This document shows, one piece after another, positions 30,602-40,323 of a DNA stretch of 64,000 nucleotides. Positions within the stretch are counted from its first letter, which is position 1, and each line of letters starts with the position of its first letter. The notes beneath the pieces are model-generated. The model did not search any database. It saw only the letters and a list, made by a program, of their open reading frames with translations, and was not told where the DNA came from. This DNA comes from a virus. Made by a program: the position numbers and the translations under genes. Location: positions 8,382-72,381 of IMG/VR virus record IMGVR_UViG_3300035698_013740, one strand, 5' to 3'.

Positions 30602-31610
30602 ATTAAAAAAATCAGTTTTAATAACAGGAGTAGCAGGACTATTAGGTTCTAGGCTAGCTACATGGATTTTTGAAAATACAAATTACTATGTAGTAGGTGT
30701 TGATGATCTCTCAGGTGGGTATTGTGAAAACGTCCCAGAAGGTGTTCATTTTCATAAAATAGATTTATCAATAGCAGAAGGATTTAATTTCACTAATTTG
30801 AATAAAATGTTTAAAACATATAAACCAGATTATGTATTTCATTTTGCAGCGTACGCAGCAGAAGGATTGAGTCCGTTTATTAGATGTTTCAATTACGAAA
30901 ATAATTTAGTAGCAACTGCAAATATTGTAAACATGTGCATCAAATATGATGTGAAGAGATTAGTATTTACAAGTTCTATGGCGGTTTATGGAAATGCAGC
31001 TCCACCATTTAATGAAGATGTTCAGCCTAACCCAATTGATCCATATGGAGTGGCAAAATTTGCTGCAGAGCAAGACATTAAAATCGCTGGAGATCAACAT
31101 GGATTAGATTGGTGCATTATACGACCTCATAATGTGTATGGTGTAAATCAAAATATTTGGGATAGATATCGAAACGTTCTTGGCATTTGGATGTATCAGC
31201 ATCTCAATGGTCAGCCTATGACAATATTTGGTGATGGAGAACAAACTAGAGCATTCAGTTATATTGATGATTGTTTGGAACCTTTTTGGAAATCAGCTGT
31301 TAAAGAAGAAGCGTCAAAGCAAATTATAAATTTGGGTGGCATTCATCACATTTCTATTAATGATGCAGCACATACACTTAAAGAAGTGATAGGCGGTGGA
31401 GAAATCGTTTATAGAGAAGCAAGACACGAAGTTAAAAATGCATATCCTACTTGGAAAAAATCTGTAGATATTTTAGAATTTGAACATAATACAGATTTTA
31501 GAGAAGGATTAAAATTGATGTGGGAATGGGCACAAACTCAACCAAACCGTGATCAATTTATTTGGCCTGAATATGAATTAGAGAAGGGAATATATTCCTT
31601 TTGGAAATAA
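30594..31610 (+). CDS. NAD-dependent nucleotide-sugar epimerase/dehydratase
   Basis: ITGVAGLLGS, FHFAA, TSSMAVYG, YGVAK, HNVYG, GDGEQTRAF. Confidence 0.92.
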   Translation: MDRLKKSVLITGVAGLLGSRLATWIFENTNYYVVGVDDLSGGYCENVPEGVHFHKIDLSIAEGFNFTNLNKMFKTYKPDYVFHFAAYAAEGLSPFIRCFNYENNLVATANIVNMCIKYDVKRLVFTSSMAVYGNAAPPFNEDVQPNPIDPYGVAKFAAEQDIKIAGDQHGLDWCIIRPHNVYGVNQNIWDRYRNVLGIWMYQHLNGQPMTIFGDGEQTRAFSYIDDCLEPFWKSAVKEEASKQIINLGGIHHISINDAAHTLKEVIGGGEIVYREARHEVKNAYPTWKKSVDILEFEHNTDFREGLKLMWEWAQTQPNRDQFIWPEYELEKGIYSFWK

Positions 31611-31625
31611 TAAAGAGATAAGATT

Positions 31626-32045
31626 ATGTTGATATATGTAATAACTGCGTTAGTAATGGCACTTGTCATTGGTTTTGCTTTGGGATTTGATAAAGGACTA
31701 CGAAGAGCAAAGGAAGTTAGTATAGTCATTGATGGAAAGAAAATTTCTAGTACATTTGACGTAACAGGTAAGCGAGGAAATACTGAAGATCTTTCAGTAG
31801 TAATTGGAGATGCAGAAGCTAGCATTGCTGCAGTTAGGGACCGATTTACTAAACTGATTAATCATCCAGGTCGTGGACCTTCTACCCAAAAGGCAGGAAT
31901 ATTGAGTACAGATAATGTAGGAAACATTACGTCATACGTAACGGTAGAAGAATTAGAACCATCGTATGTTCAATCACTGCATGATAAATTAGAATCTGAT
32001 ACTGAGATAATTAGAAATGTAGCAAATCAAAATTATGATGCATAG
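31626..32045 (+). CDS. Membrane-anchored hypothetical protein (possibly extends to 32123 past a TAG)
   Basis: N-terminal hydrophobic helix; coding-like frame continues after the TAG. Confidence 0.6.
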   Translation: MLIYVITALVMALVIGFALGFDKGLRRAKEVSIVIDGKKISSTFDVTGKRGNTEDLSVVIGDAEASIAAVRDRFTKLINHPGRGPSTQKAGILSTDNVGNITSYVTVEELEPSYVQSLHDKLESDTEIIRNVANQNYDA

Positions 32046-32058
32046 CAGTTAGAGCTTA

Positions 32059-32115
32059 CTGATGTTATACGTGAACTAGAAGCTGATGTTATGCGTGAAC
32101 TAGAAGCTGAAGTTA
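32059..32115 (+). repeat. 24-bp tandem repeat, about 2.4 copies
   Basis: ctgatgttatacgtgaactagaag / ctgatgttatgcgtgaactagaag / ctgaagtta. Confidence 0.85.
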
Positions 32116-32748
32116 ATGAATAAACAACTAGAAAGATTAGTTCATCTTAAGGATAGAGGATTTAACCCAAAATCTATAATTGATATTGGCGCAAACATAG
32201 GTCAATGGTACGCAATTGCCAATGATGTATTTCCAAACGCAGATATTCTAAGCATTGAACCAAATCCACCATCTTTTGATGAATTGGTTAAAATAAATCC
32301 AAATTCAAAACAATTGCTACTTGGCGATTCTAATAATAAAGTAGTTGAATTTTTCGTTAATGAAGATGATGATAAGTGCACAGGAGCTTCTATTTATTTA
32401 GAACAAACACATTATTATTCTACTCCAACTGTGATTCCGTTAACAATGGGTACATTGGATAAACTGAATATGAAATTTGATCTTATCAAAATAGATGTTC
32501 AAGGAGCTGAACTGGATGTGTTACAGGGTGGCCTTAATACCCTTCAACACGCCACATTCGTAACTTTAGAACTTGCAGTTATGAGATATAATAAAGGTGC
32601 ACCATTAATAAATGAAGTAATACAATATATGAGTGCACATGATTTCATGATATTTGATATATTTGAATTACATTATTTAAACGGCGCACTTAACCAAATT
32701 GATATCTGCTTTTTAAACAAAAAGTATAACTATATGGTTGAACTTTAG
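32116..32748 (+). CDS. FkbM-family methyltransferase
   Basis: IDIGANIG, IEP, IKIDVQGAELDVLQG. Confidence 0.9.
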   Translation: MNKQLERLVHLKDRGFNPKSIIDIGANIGQWYAIANDVFPNADILSIEPNPPSFDELVKINPNSKQLLLGDSNNKVVEFFVNEDDDKCTGASIYLEQTHYYSTPTVIPLTMGTLDKLNMKFDLIKIDVQGAELDVLQGGLNTLQHATFVTLELAVMRYNKGAPLINEVIQYMSAHDFMIFDIFELHYLNGALNQIDICFLNKKYNYMVEL

Positions 32749-32792
32749 TTGATACCTGATATTTACATATATAAAAACAAACACAAATTAAT

Positions 32793-33407
32793 ATGACAGA
32801 ATTAGCACAGCGCATTATTAAAGATATCAGACGGGGAAAGCCTGTTATGGTAGTAGATGATTATACTAGAGAAAATGAAGCAGATCTAATTATATCAGCA
32901 AAACAAGCAGACATATATAATTTGACATTTTCTATGAGACATGCAAAGGGATTAATGTGTATTCCATGCATGCAAAATACGTTAGATAAGTTGGATATTG
33001 CAATGATGCATAGCAACTCATTAGATCAATATGATACTCCATTTGCAAATTCTATAGATGCAACCTACGGAACAACTACTGGAATGTCAGTAGATGACAG
33101 ATTGAAAACAATCCAGACACTATTGAATCCATTGGCAGTTCCAGGTGATGTTACTCAACCTGGACATATGTTTCCACTAAGGGCAAGAAAGGGACTTCTT
33201 AAGGAGAGAAGAGGACATACCGAATCTGCAATTGAATTGATGAGATTATCAGGTGAACCTGATGTCGCAGTCATTATAGAAATTATGGATGACAACGGCC
33301 AAATGTTAAGGGGAATGGATTTGGTTTCATACGCCCATATTTATGATTTAAACATGATCTCAGTAGAAGAAATTTATGAAGCAAGATACGGACTCCCTAG
33401 TAAGTAG
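32793..33407 (+). CDS. ribB: 3,4-dihydroxy-2-butanone 4-phosphate synthase
   Basis: DDYTRENEADL, GLMC, TTGMSVDDR, PGHMFPL, RRGHTE. Confidence 0.9.
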   Translation: MTELAQRIIKDIRRGKPVMVVDDYTRENEADLIISAKQADIYNLTFSMRHAKGLMCIPCMQNTLDKLDIAMMHSNSLDQYDTPFANSIDATYGTTTGMSVDDRLKTIQTLLNPLAVPGDVTQPGHMFPLRARKGLLKERRGHTESAIELMRLSGEPDVAVIIEIMDDNGQMLRGMDLVSYAHIYDLNMISVEEIYEARYGLPSK

Positions 33408-34398
33408 AGCATATAATGACTTCAGAATAATTGATAATTTGCTTATAAAAAAATCTAGTGATACTACTAGGTTAGCAAATGAAATTGAGTATTATATGAC
33501 CGTTCCTAAATGGTTTGCTCATTATTTTCCAAGAGTATTTGAATATTCAATATGTGAAAATAATAGTCCAAATTCATGGATGATAATGGAGTATTATTCA
33601 TATGACGATGCGTCTAAACTGTTGTTTGAACTAAAAAATCCATCTCCAACTAAAATCCAAAAGTTTATCAATCACATTGATAAATTTTTAGGTAGTGCTA
33701 GATTACATAATAATGCACACATACGTAATACAACAAAAGAGCAAACTAGAATAGACTCAAGATCGATGTATGTAGATAAGACTAAGCTGTATTATTACGA
33801 ATTAATTACAGATTTTGAGTTATTTAAAGAAATTGCATCATATCCTAGATTGTTCATAAACGGTAAAAGCTACCATAATTTTGAACAAATGCAAGAATGG
33901 ATTTTTAAAATGGTGGATTTTCACGTTAAAGAAATATATCCAGCGTTTATTCATGGAGATTTTTGCCTTTCAAACATACTATTTGGATATAATGAAAATT
34001 CAATAAACCCAAAATCTACTGTAAAATTTATTGATCCTAGGGGAAAATTTGGAAATGCAATTCATGAGGGAGATGTATATTATGATCTTGCTAAGTTGAT
34101 GCATTCTACTCATGGTGGATATGAATTTATTATACATGATAGATTTACAGTAACGCAGCTAGAAGATTCCAATCAACACTGGGAGTTGATCATTCCTGAA
34201 AACAAAGTAGTTCAACAGCATTTTGATGAATTGTTATTTTCAAAATATGATGCAAAAATCATAAAATTACTTCAGGGATTAATTTTTATAGGAATGTGTT
34301 CTAGGCACTATGACAGCGAAGATAGACAAGTGGCAATGTACCTTCAAGGAATAAAAATTCTAAACGAAGTAATGTATGAAAACGGGTTTGTAATATGA
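33376..34398 (+). CDS. APH/choline-kinase-fold sugar kinase of capsule-biosynthesis type
   Basis: MEY, HGDFCLSNIL, FIDPRG, GDVYYDLAKL. Confidence 0.8.
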   Translation: MKQDTDSLVSRAYNDFRIIDNLLIKKSSDTTRLANEIEYYMTVPKWFAHYFPRVFEYSICENNSPNSWMIMEYYSYDDASKLLFELKNPSPTKIQKFINHIDKFLGSARLHNNAHIRNTTKEQTRIDSRSMYVDKTKLYYYELITDFELFKEIASYPRLFINGKSYHNFEQMQEWIFKMVDFHVKEIYPAFIHGDFCLSNILFGYNENSINPKSTVKFIDPRGKFGNAIHEGDVYYDLAKLMHSTHGGYEFIIHDRFTVTQLEDSNQHWELIIPENKVVQQHFDELLFSKYDAKIIKLLQGLIFIGMCSRHYDSEDRQVAMYLQGIKILNEVMYENGFVI

Positions 34399-34622
34399 AA
34401 AAATATAGAGTAGGATTTGGAACACCAATACGAGAACGTGGAGGACCTAGATACGGGATTTCTACGTTTGTTCATGCGTACAGTTCAAGAACATATCATG
34501 AAATAGAAGCCAAAGATATGATGGAACTTATTAATAAAATTAAACATCAAGACGCAAAAGAAGCAGGATTGGATTTAAATACTGAATATCATCTTGAAAT
34601 AGAAGAAATTCCAAATGAATAA
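34395..34622 (+). CDS. Hypothetical protein
   Basis: 75-aa ORF overlapping both neighbours. Confidence 0.55.
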   Translation: MKKYRVGFGTPIRERGGPRYGISTFVHAYSSRTYHEIEAKDMMELINKIKHQDAKEAGLDLNTEYHLEIEEIPNE

Positions 34623-34971
34623 AAAATATAGATTTTGTTTTGATTTAGATGGCACTATTTGCCATACTAAGAAAATGGATCAATCATACCGTCAGGTAAA
34701 ACCAATAGATGGAATGCCTGAATTATTGCAAAAAATCGATGAAGATGGCCATTACATAATCATATATACTGCCAGAAATATGGAAACATATCAAGGTAAT
34801 ATGGGTAAGATCACTGCATATCAAGTTCCAATTATAATAGAATGGCTGAGAACGTGGAAAATTCCGTTTGATGAAGTGATTGTAGGAAAACCATTGGCAG
34901 ATTTTTACATAGATGATAAGGCAGTAGAATTTAGAACAGTAGCATTACTCAAAGAGGATTTAGGAATATGA
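34615..34971 (+). CDS. HAD phosphatase (EcbF/BcbF capsule-type)
   Basis: FDLDGTIC, YTARNM, GKP..FYIDDKA. Confidence 0.85.
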   Translation: MNKKYRFCFDLDGTICHTKKMDQSYRQVKPIDGMPELLQKIDEDGHYIIIYTARNMETYQGNMGKITAYQVPIIIEWLRTWKIPFDEVIVGKPLADFYIDDKAVEFRTVALLKEDLGI

Positions 34972-35819
34972 ACGAAGAATTTAGAGAATTTTATATAGAT
35001 ACAGCTGACACCCATTATATAGATTTAGTTCTGTCTAGGTTGTCAAATCAGGGTGACGGACAAACTGTTAGCCATTTTAGAGGAATTACTACTAATCCAA
35101 ATGCAATGTCAAAGGTAAATGCCCATACATTGTCTCAGTGGACATCTCAACTCCGTAAGATATGTAAATTATTGAATAAGTGGACTCACGGAATACCTAA
35201 AATTCCAGAATTACATGTTCAACTTCCAAATACACGATTTATATCTGATAGCGATGTTGCAAAATTTGTGGGTTATTTACAAGACAATTTAACTGAAGGT
35301 GAGTTTCAATTATGTATTAAGATTTCACCATATCAGTTAGCTTCTGTATCTGCATATTTGCAATCTGAAGGAGTTAAGGTTAATGTTACTGGATGTGCTG
35401 ATTATGCAAGCGTCCTTAGAGCCTCTTCATATGGAGTAGATTATGCATCTATCATACCAGGACGAATGGATGAACGTAAGATCCAATCAAATAAACATCT
35501 ATCATACTTAAATGCATGTGACCTAGGAAATACTAAAGTAATTACTGGAAGTATGCGAACAGTTAGAGGAGTTAGGGATGGATTCAAATATGGAACTATT
35601 CCAACTATCGGCAGTAGAGTTTGGAATAAAATACTAATTAATAAGCATGCACATGAGCAATTCGATACTATATTGAATGTTCCTAGCAAACTAAATCTTG
35701 GTAAATTTTTAGCTCCAGTTCAAATTACAAAGGATTCTCAAGATTTAACCAATGAATTTTTTGAAAGCATGGATGAACTTGGAACTCAGGCGTACATTGG
35801 ATTAATGTCAAGACGATGA
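34968..35819 (+). CDS. Divergent transaldolase/fructose-6-phosphate aldolase family protein
   Basis: YIDTAD, GITTNP, CIKIS, VNVT, IIPGRMDE, GSMR. Confidence 0.8.
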   Translation: MNEEFREFYIDTADTHYIDLVLSRLSNQGDGQTVSHFRGITTNPNAMSKVNAHTLSQWTSQLRKICKLLNKWTHGIPKIPELHVQLPNTRFISDSDVAKFVGYLQDNLTEGEFQLCIKISPYQLASVSAYLQSEGVKVNVTGCADYASVLRASSYGVDYASIIPGRMDERKIQSNKHLSYLNACDLGNTKVITGSMRTVRGVRDGFKYGTIPTIGSRVWNKILINKHAHEQFDTILNVPSKLNLGKFLAPVQITKDSQDLTNEFFESMDELGTQAYIGLMSRR

Positions 35820-36511
35820 AAGTAGCAATTCTTATTTCAGGAATGCCTCGCAATTATGAGCAAGGTTTTCCTTCGCATCTTAAATACCTAATAGAACCAT
35901 TTGATGAAGTAGACATCTTCATTCACACATGGGTAAATCCTGAATTAGTAGGTACTTCATTTTTTAATGAAGGTGGAAACAAAGTTACCAAGGATTTAGA
36001 ATCAGATTATATGAATAGGATAGTGGAACTATACAATCCTAAATCTATAACATTTGAACACATTACTCCAAATTTTCCAATGAGTGATGCTCATCATGAA
36101 AAGATGTTTCCTAACGTACGTCTCTATGCACATTGGTCTATGTTTTATGGAATGTATCGTGCATGGAAATTGATGGAAGATTATCATGCAAATGATGAAA
36201 TGACTGAATATGATTTAGTGTTCAGACTTAGATTTGATTGGGAGATTTATAGTCTTCCATTAGGAGATGTATTTCCAAACACAATTTACGCTCCAGATGA
36301 TGGACCACATAAATTATCATTCAACGATCAGTTTGCATACGGACAGCATACAGCTATGAAAAAATATATGACTACATATGAAGATCTATTTGAGATCAAT
36401 GAAGAAGTATATGGTATTGTTGGAGAAACTGTAGTATTTCAGAGAATGTTAGATACAGATACTAATATAGTAGTTCAACCAATAAAATACAGAATAATTA
36501 GAGAAGGATGA
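35816..36511 (+). CDS. Putative glycosyltransferase
   Basis: KVAILISGMPR, DIFIHTW, YDLVFRLRFD, NDQFAYG. Confidence 0.65.
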   Translation: MKVAILISGMPRNYEQGFPSHLKYLIEPFDEVDIFIHTWVNPELVGTSFFNEGGNKVTKDLESDYMNRIVELYNPKSITFEHITPNFPMSDAHHEKMFPNVRLYAHWSMFYGMYRAWKLMEDYHANDEMTEYDLVFRLRFDWEIYSLPLGDVFPNTIYAPDDGPHKLSFNDQFAYGQHTAMKKYMTTYEDLFEINEEVYGIVGETVVFQRMLDTDTNIVVQPIKYRIIREG

Positions 36512-36801
36512 TAAGCACTAAAGATTACATTAAAATTAATAAATGTGTAGATGGTGGGTTGTATAGTATAGAAGCTAGAAACGGAGTATTTGGATATTGG
36601 AATAGCAGTAGTGAATCATTTACTCTTAGACGATGTAAATTCGGGTCAATATTCTTATTTGATGAATACCATTGGGATATTGGAGCTCCATATGGAACTG
36701 TAAAGCCAATTGCATACTTAAACGAAGAGCGACCTGCTACTGATACTGAGGCGATTATTAGACTTTCAGAGTTAACTGAAGAACGCTTTAAACGTAAATA
36801 A
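36508..36801 (+). CDS. Hypothetical protein
   Basis: 97-aa ORF. Confidence 0.6.
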   Translation: MISTKDYIKINKCVDGGLYSIEARNGVFGYWNSSSESFTLRRCKFGSIFLFDEYHWDIGAPYGTVKPIAYLNEERPATDTEAIIRLSELTEERFKRK

Positions 36802-36805
36802 TAAA

Positions 36806-37342
36806 ATGATTAATAAAGACTGCCGGATTCAGACATATACAGGCAAACAATTTTATCTTTTGGATACTATTCAAGATGATATAGATGTTGTAGATATTGC
36901 TCATGCGTTGGCTAATATGTGCAGATTTAATGGACATTGCAATGAATTCTATTCAGTTGCTCAACACTCAGTAATTGTATCTCAATATTGTGATGATCCA
37001 TTATGGGGTTTAGCTCATGATATGACAGAAGCATATTTGCCAGACGTAACTAGACCATTAAAGCAAGTTCTTCCAAATTTTAAAGTAATTGAAGATAATT
37101 TAATGTCAGTTATTGCTCAAGCATTTGGGTTAAACGGAACAACAATTCCAGATCAAGTTAAGGTAATAGATAACAGAGCACTTGTTACTGAGCGTAGAGA
37201 TTTAATGGCAGACGCTCCAATTCCATGGGGTGGATTGCATGATCTAACGTGTCTTCCACAAAAGATAGTTCCAGTGAGTGCAAAAATGGCAGAGAAGATG
37301 TTTCTTAGAAGATTTCACGAGTTAGTAACAGTAGAAGTATGA
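36806..37342 (+). CDS. HD-domain (YfbR-like) deoxynucleotide phosphohydrolase
   Basis: IAHALA..RFNGH..YSVAQHS..HDMTEAY..D. Confidence 0.85.
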   Translation: MINKDCRIQTYTGKQFYLLDTIQDDIDVVDIAHALANMCRFNGHCNEFYSVAQHSVIVSQYCDDPLWGLAHDMTEAYLPDVTRPLKQVLPNFKVIEDNLMSVIAQAFGLNGTTIPDQVKVIDNRALVTERRDLMADAPIPWGGLHDLTCLPQKIVPVSAKMAEKMFLRRFHELVTVEV

Positions 37343-38103
37343 TTAGAGTATTTTATAGATTGTCAGATCATGGATATAAAAAGACAAAACCTGCATATGT
37401 CACAAATGACAATTGTTTATCGAATTTTGTAGCTTCATGTGAATTAGTTAATAGGGATTGGAAAATGAGAATCCTAATGGACAATGTATCTCAGGAAACA
37501 TATGATCATATTTTTAAGGAATATGCTGGAATTTGTGAAATACGAGGATCTAAATTGGGGTCAGGTGCACAGTCATTCAATAAAGTATTAGACTATGCAA
37601 TAAAGCATGGATCTGATGATGACATAATCTATTTTGTAGAGGATGATTATATCCATGAATACGGATGGGGTAAAATTCTTAAAGAAGGATTTGAAATAGG
37701 TGCAGATTATGTAAGTTTGTATGATCATCCAGATAAATATTTGAATCCGCAACTGGGTGGTAATCCATACGTTGAGGGTGGTGGAGAGGTAACTAGATTG
37801 ATGAAGTCAGATTCATGTCATTGGAAACTCACAAACTCTACAACAATGACGTTTGCTGCAAAATTGAAAACTCTTAAAGAAGATGAAGATATTTTAAGAG
37901 GCCATACTAGTGGGACATATCCTAAAGATTTTGATATGTTTTTAGCACTTAGAGAAAAGGGAAGATCACTAGTAACTCCAGTACCAGGATACGCAACACA
38001 TGGGGAAACCACATGGCTAAGTCCTTTTAAAAATTGGAAACAAATCTGCGCGGATACGAATATGACTTCACTTCACAGAATTAATCACGGAATATCAATA
38101 TGA
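37339..38103 (+). CDS. Putative GT-A glycosyltransferase
   Basis: YFVEDDYIH, YDHPD, STTMTFA, ATH. Confidence 0.7.
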   Translation: MIRVFYRLSDHGYKKTKPAYVTNDNCLSNFVASCELVNRDWKMRILMDNVSQETYDHIFKEYAGICEIRGSKLGSGAQSFNKVLDYAIKHGSDDDIIYFVEDDYIHEYGWGKILKEGFEIGADYVSLYDHPDKYLNPQLGGNPYVEGGGEVTRLMKSDSCHWKLTNSTTMTFAAKLKTLKEDEDILRGHTSGTYPKDFDMFLALREKGRSLVTPVPGYATHGETTWLSPFKNWKQICADTNMTSLHRINHGISI

Positions 38104-38699
38104 GACAAATATCACAAATACATGAGGTTCGCACAATTAAAGAGTTGCGAACCATGTCAAAATACAAAGGAGCATCATACGTGTTCTTTTGGGGTCATTC
38201 TGATACTGACCCAGAACGTGTGAATGAAGGATGCCTTAGCAATTGGTATCCTGCACCGTTCGAATTAGATGGAATAGTTTATCCTACCTCAGAACATTGG
38301 ATGATGACTGAAAAGGCTAGATTATTTGAGGATGATGATTCGTTAGCACTAATGTTAGAAGCTGAATCTCCATGGAAAGTTAAAAAGTTGGGACGAAAGG
38401 TTGCAAACTTTGATAATGATGTTTGGAGAAAATATTGTTTTGATTCAACAGTAAAGGGATGCATAGCAAAATTTACTCAAAATCCACATCTTGGTGAATA
38501 TCTTAAAAATACTGGAAAATCTGTATTAGTTGAAGCAAGTCCGTATGATACAGTTTGGGGAATTGGAATGGCGTTTGATAAGGATAATTTAGAAATCGGA
38601 GATCCTACAAATTGGAAAGGAGAAAATCTTTTAGGATTTGTTCTTATGGAAGTTAGAGATCAATTAAATTTCATATCATCTGCGGCATCATCAATATGA
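38100..38699 (+). CDS. NADAR (YbiA-like) family protein
   Basis: LSNWY, TSEHWMM..KARLF, KKLGRKV, KFTQN, LVEASPYDTVWGIG, GENLLG. Confidence 0.9.
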   Translation: MRQISQIHEVRTIKELRTMSKYKGASYVFFWGHSDTDPERVNEGCLSNWYPAPFELDGIVYPTSEHWMMTEKARLFEDDDSLALMLEAESPWKVKKLGRKVANFDNDVWRKYCFDSTVKGCIAKFTQNPHLGEYLKNTGKSVLVEASPYDTVWGIGMAFDKDNLEIGDPTNWKGENLLGFVLMEVRDQLNFISSAASSI

Positions 38700-39508
38700 T
38701 TAGTGTAGTAATTCCAACATATAAAAACCCAAGATGTTTAGATTGGTGCTTGACTTCTGCAATTAATAATGCACATGATGACAAAAATTATGAAATTATT
38801 GTAGTAGTAGACGGATTTATTGAAGAGAGTCAAGGCGTTTTAAATAAACATTCTAATGAAATACAAGTTTTAGATCTAGGTCAAAACTTTGGTATGCAGC
38901 ATGCATTAAATATGGGAGTCTATAATGCATCATATGAAAAAATTCTTATAGTAAACGATGATAATGTTTTTCCATATGGATGGAATTCTACATTAGACGG
39001 ATTTGCAATCACAAGTGTCAATAATAGAGTTATAACTCCAAATCAAATTGAACCTTTAGGTCCATCGATATTCAATTTTACAATTAAAGATTTTGGAAAT
39101 CCTGAAACATTTGATTTAGAAGAGTATTCTAATTGGGAATCTAAAAATAGAAATGGAAGTTGGACTGAGGATGGAGGAATTTTTCCATTCTTAGTAAGCA
39201 AGAGAGATTATATGATGGTTGGTGGTTTTGATACATTATATCAATCACCGTTCATATGCGACTGGGATTTCTTTCTTAAGTTAGAAATGGCAGGAATAGT
39301 TTTTAGAAGAACAGATTTACTTTCGTTTTACCACTTTGGATCTATTGCAACAAAAAATAGATCTGATGGTGAATCAGATAAATTTAAGAAGAGTGAACAG
39401 GATGCATTTGAAACATTCAGATATAAATGGGGCTTTGATGCATTCAGAGGAAAAAACAATACTCATAGACCAAGTAATACTACAATCAGGGGAATAGAAT
39501 TTAACTAA
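38696..39508 (+). CDS. GT2 glycosyltransferase
   Basis: SVVIPTY, IIVVVDG, NDD, VGGFD, DWDF, YHFGS. Confidence 0.88.
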   Translation: MISVVIPTYKNPRCLDWCLTSAINNAHDDKNYEIIVVVDGFIEESQGVLNKHSNEIQVLDLGQNFGMQHALNMGVYNASYEKILIVNDDNVFPYGWNSTLDGFAITSVNNRVITPNQIEPLGPSIFNFTIKDFGNPETFDLEEYSNWESKNRNGSWTEDGGIFPFLVSKRDYMMVGGFDTLYQSPFICDWDFFLKLEMAGIVFRRTDLLSFYHFGSIATKNRSDGESDKFKKSEQDAFETFRYKWGFDAFRGKNNTHRPSNTTIRGIEFN

Positions 39509-39509
39509 G

Positions 39510-39647
39510 ATGGCAAAAGGAAACACTAACGGAACTTACAGCGGTGGAAATAGCACCAAACGACCAGGAGTACACTCAAAAAGAAAGGCTTCTAAACTGA
39601 AGCAATCTAAAAACTATCTAAAGCGGTATAAAGGACAAGGAAAATAG
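39510..39647 (+). CDS. Small basic protein (45 aa)
   Basis: MAKGNTNG..RPGVHSKRK..SKNYLKRYKGQGK; below ORF-track cutoff. Confidence 0.65.
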   Translation: MAKGNTNGTYSGGNSTKRPGVHSKRKASKLKQSKNYLKRYKGQGK

Positions 39648-39716
39648 TTTAAAAATTGGTACTTATCTCAGCATTCTGATATTTATATAAGATTACAATG
39701 AAATACAGAGATATCA

Positions 39717-40034
39717 ATGCCAAACAAATTCAAAGACGCAGTTTCAAAGCTGCTCAAAGACACGTCAGGAAAACCTAGTAGTAAAAGAACAATTACTTTT
39801 ATTGCATTTAGTCTTATGTGTCTTGCATTTTTACTAAACCTTGCATTTGAAATTCCTATGGAGGAATTCATTTATGAAGGTATGTTATATGTAGTAGCAG
39901 GTGGTCTAGGCTTTAGCGCATTAGAACACTTATCACCTGGAAAATCGGGTGATACTCAAAATATAGATCGCTCATCAACCACTAAGGTGGGAGTTGGAGC
40001 GGTAGAAAATCCAGAAATGTTCGAGGGACAATAA
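39717..40034 (+). CDS. Two-helix membrane protein, candidate holin
   Basis: SSKR followed by two hydrophobic segments; upstream of endolysin. Confidence 0.5.
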   Translation: MPNKFKDAVSKLLKDTSGKPSSKRTITFIAFSLMCLAFLLNLAFEIPMEEFIYEGMLYVVAGGLGFSALEHLSPGKSGDTQNIDRSSTTKVGVGAVENPEMFEGQ

Positions 40035-40035
40035 T

Positions 40036-40314
40036 ATGTCATTTTTTAAAATAGGCGGAGTATTCACTGTTGCTCCTACAGGTGATGGAACAGTTACAGT
40101 TCAATGTGGCGGAAACGATTCTGGCACAGGATCATTAGCAAATCCTAAACTTACTAAGGCGTGGGGAGTAATGGTTGGAACTGCTACCGGTGGATCAATT
40201 GATTTTGACAATTCAGGATCAATTCAAGTTGCAGATATGATAGTAGGTGAAGTTTACCCATGCTATCCTAGAGCAGTAACTGCTAATAGCGGTTCAATTT
40301 ATATTTTATTGTAA
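40036..40314 (+). CDS. Small beta-rich hypothetical protein
   Basis: 92 aa, Gly/Thr/Val rich. Confidence 0.6.
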   Translation: MSFFKIGGVFTVAPTGDGTVTVQCGGNDSGTGSLANPKLTKAWGVMVGTATGGSIDFDNSGSIQVADMIVGEVYPCYPRAVTANSGSIYILL

Positions 40315-40323
40315 ATCATGTTT

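Noticed and set aside
36806-37342. DatZ-type dATPase implying a Z-base genome
   Set aside because: No PurZ or MazZ in the window; such HD proteins are common in phages.
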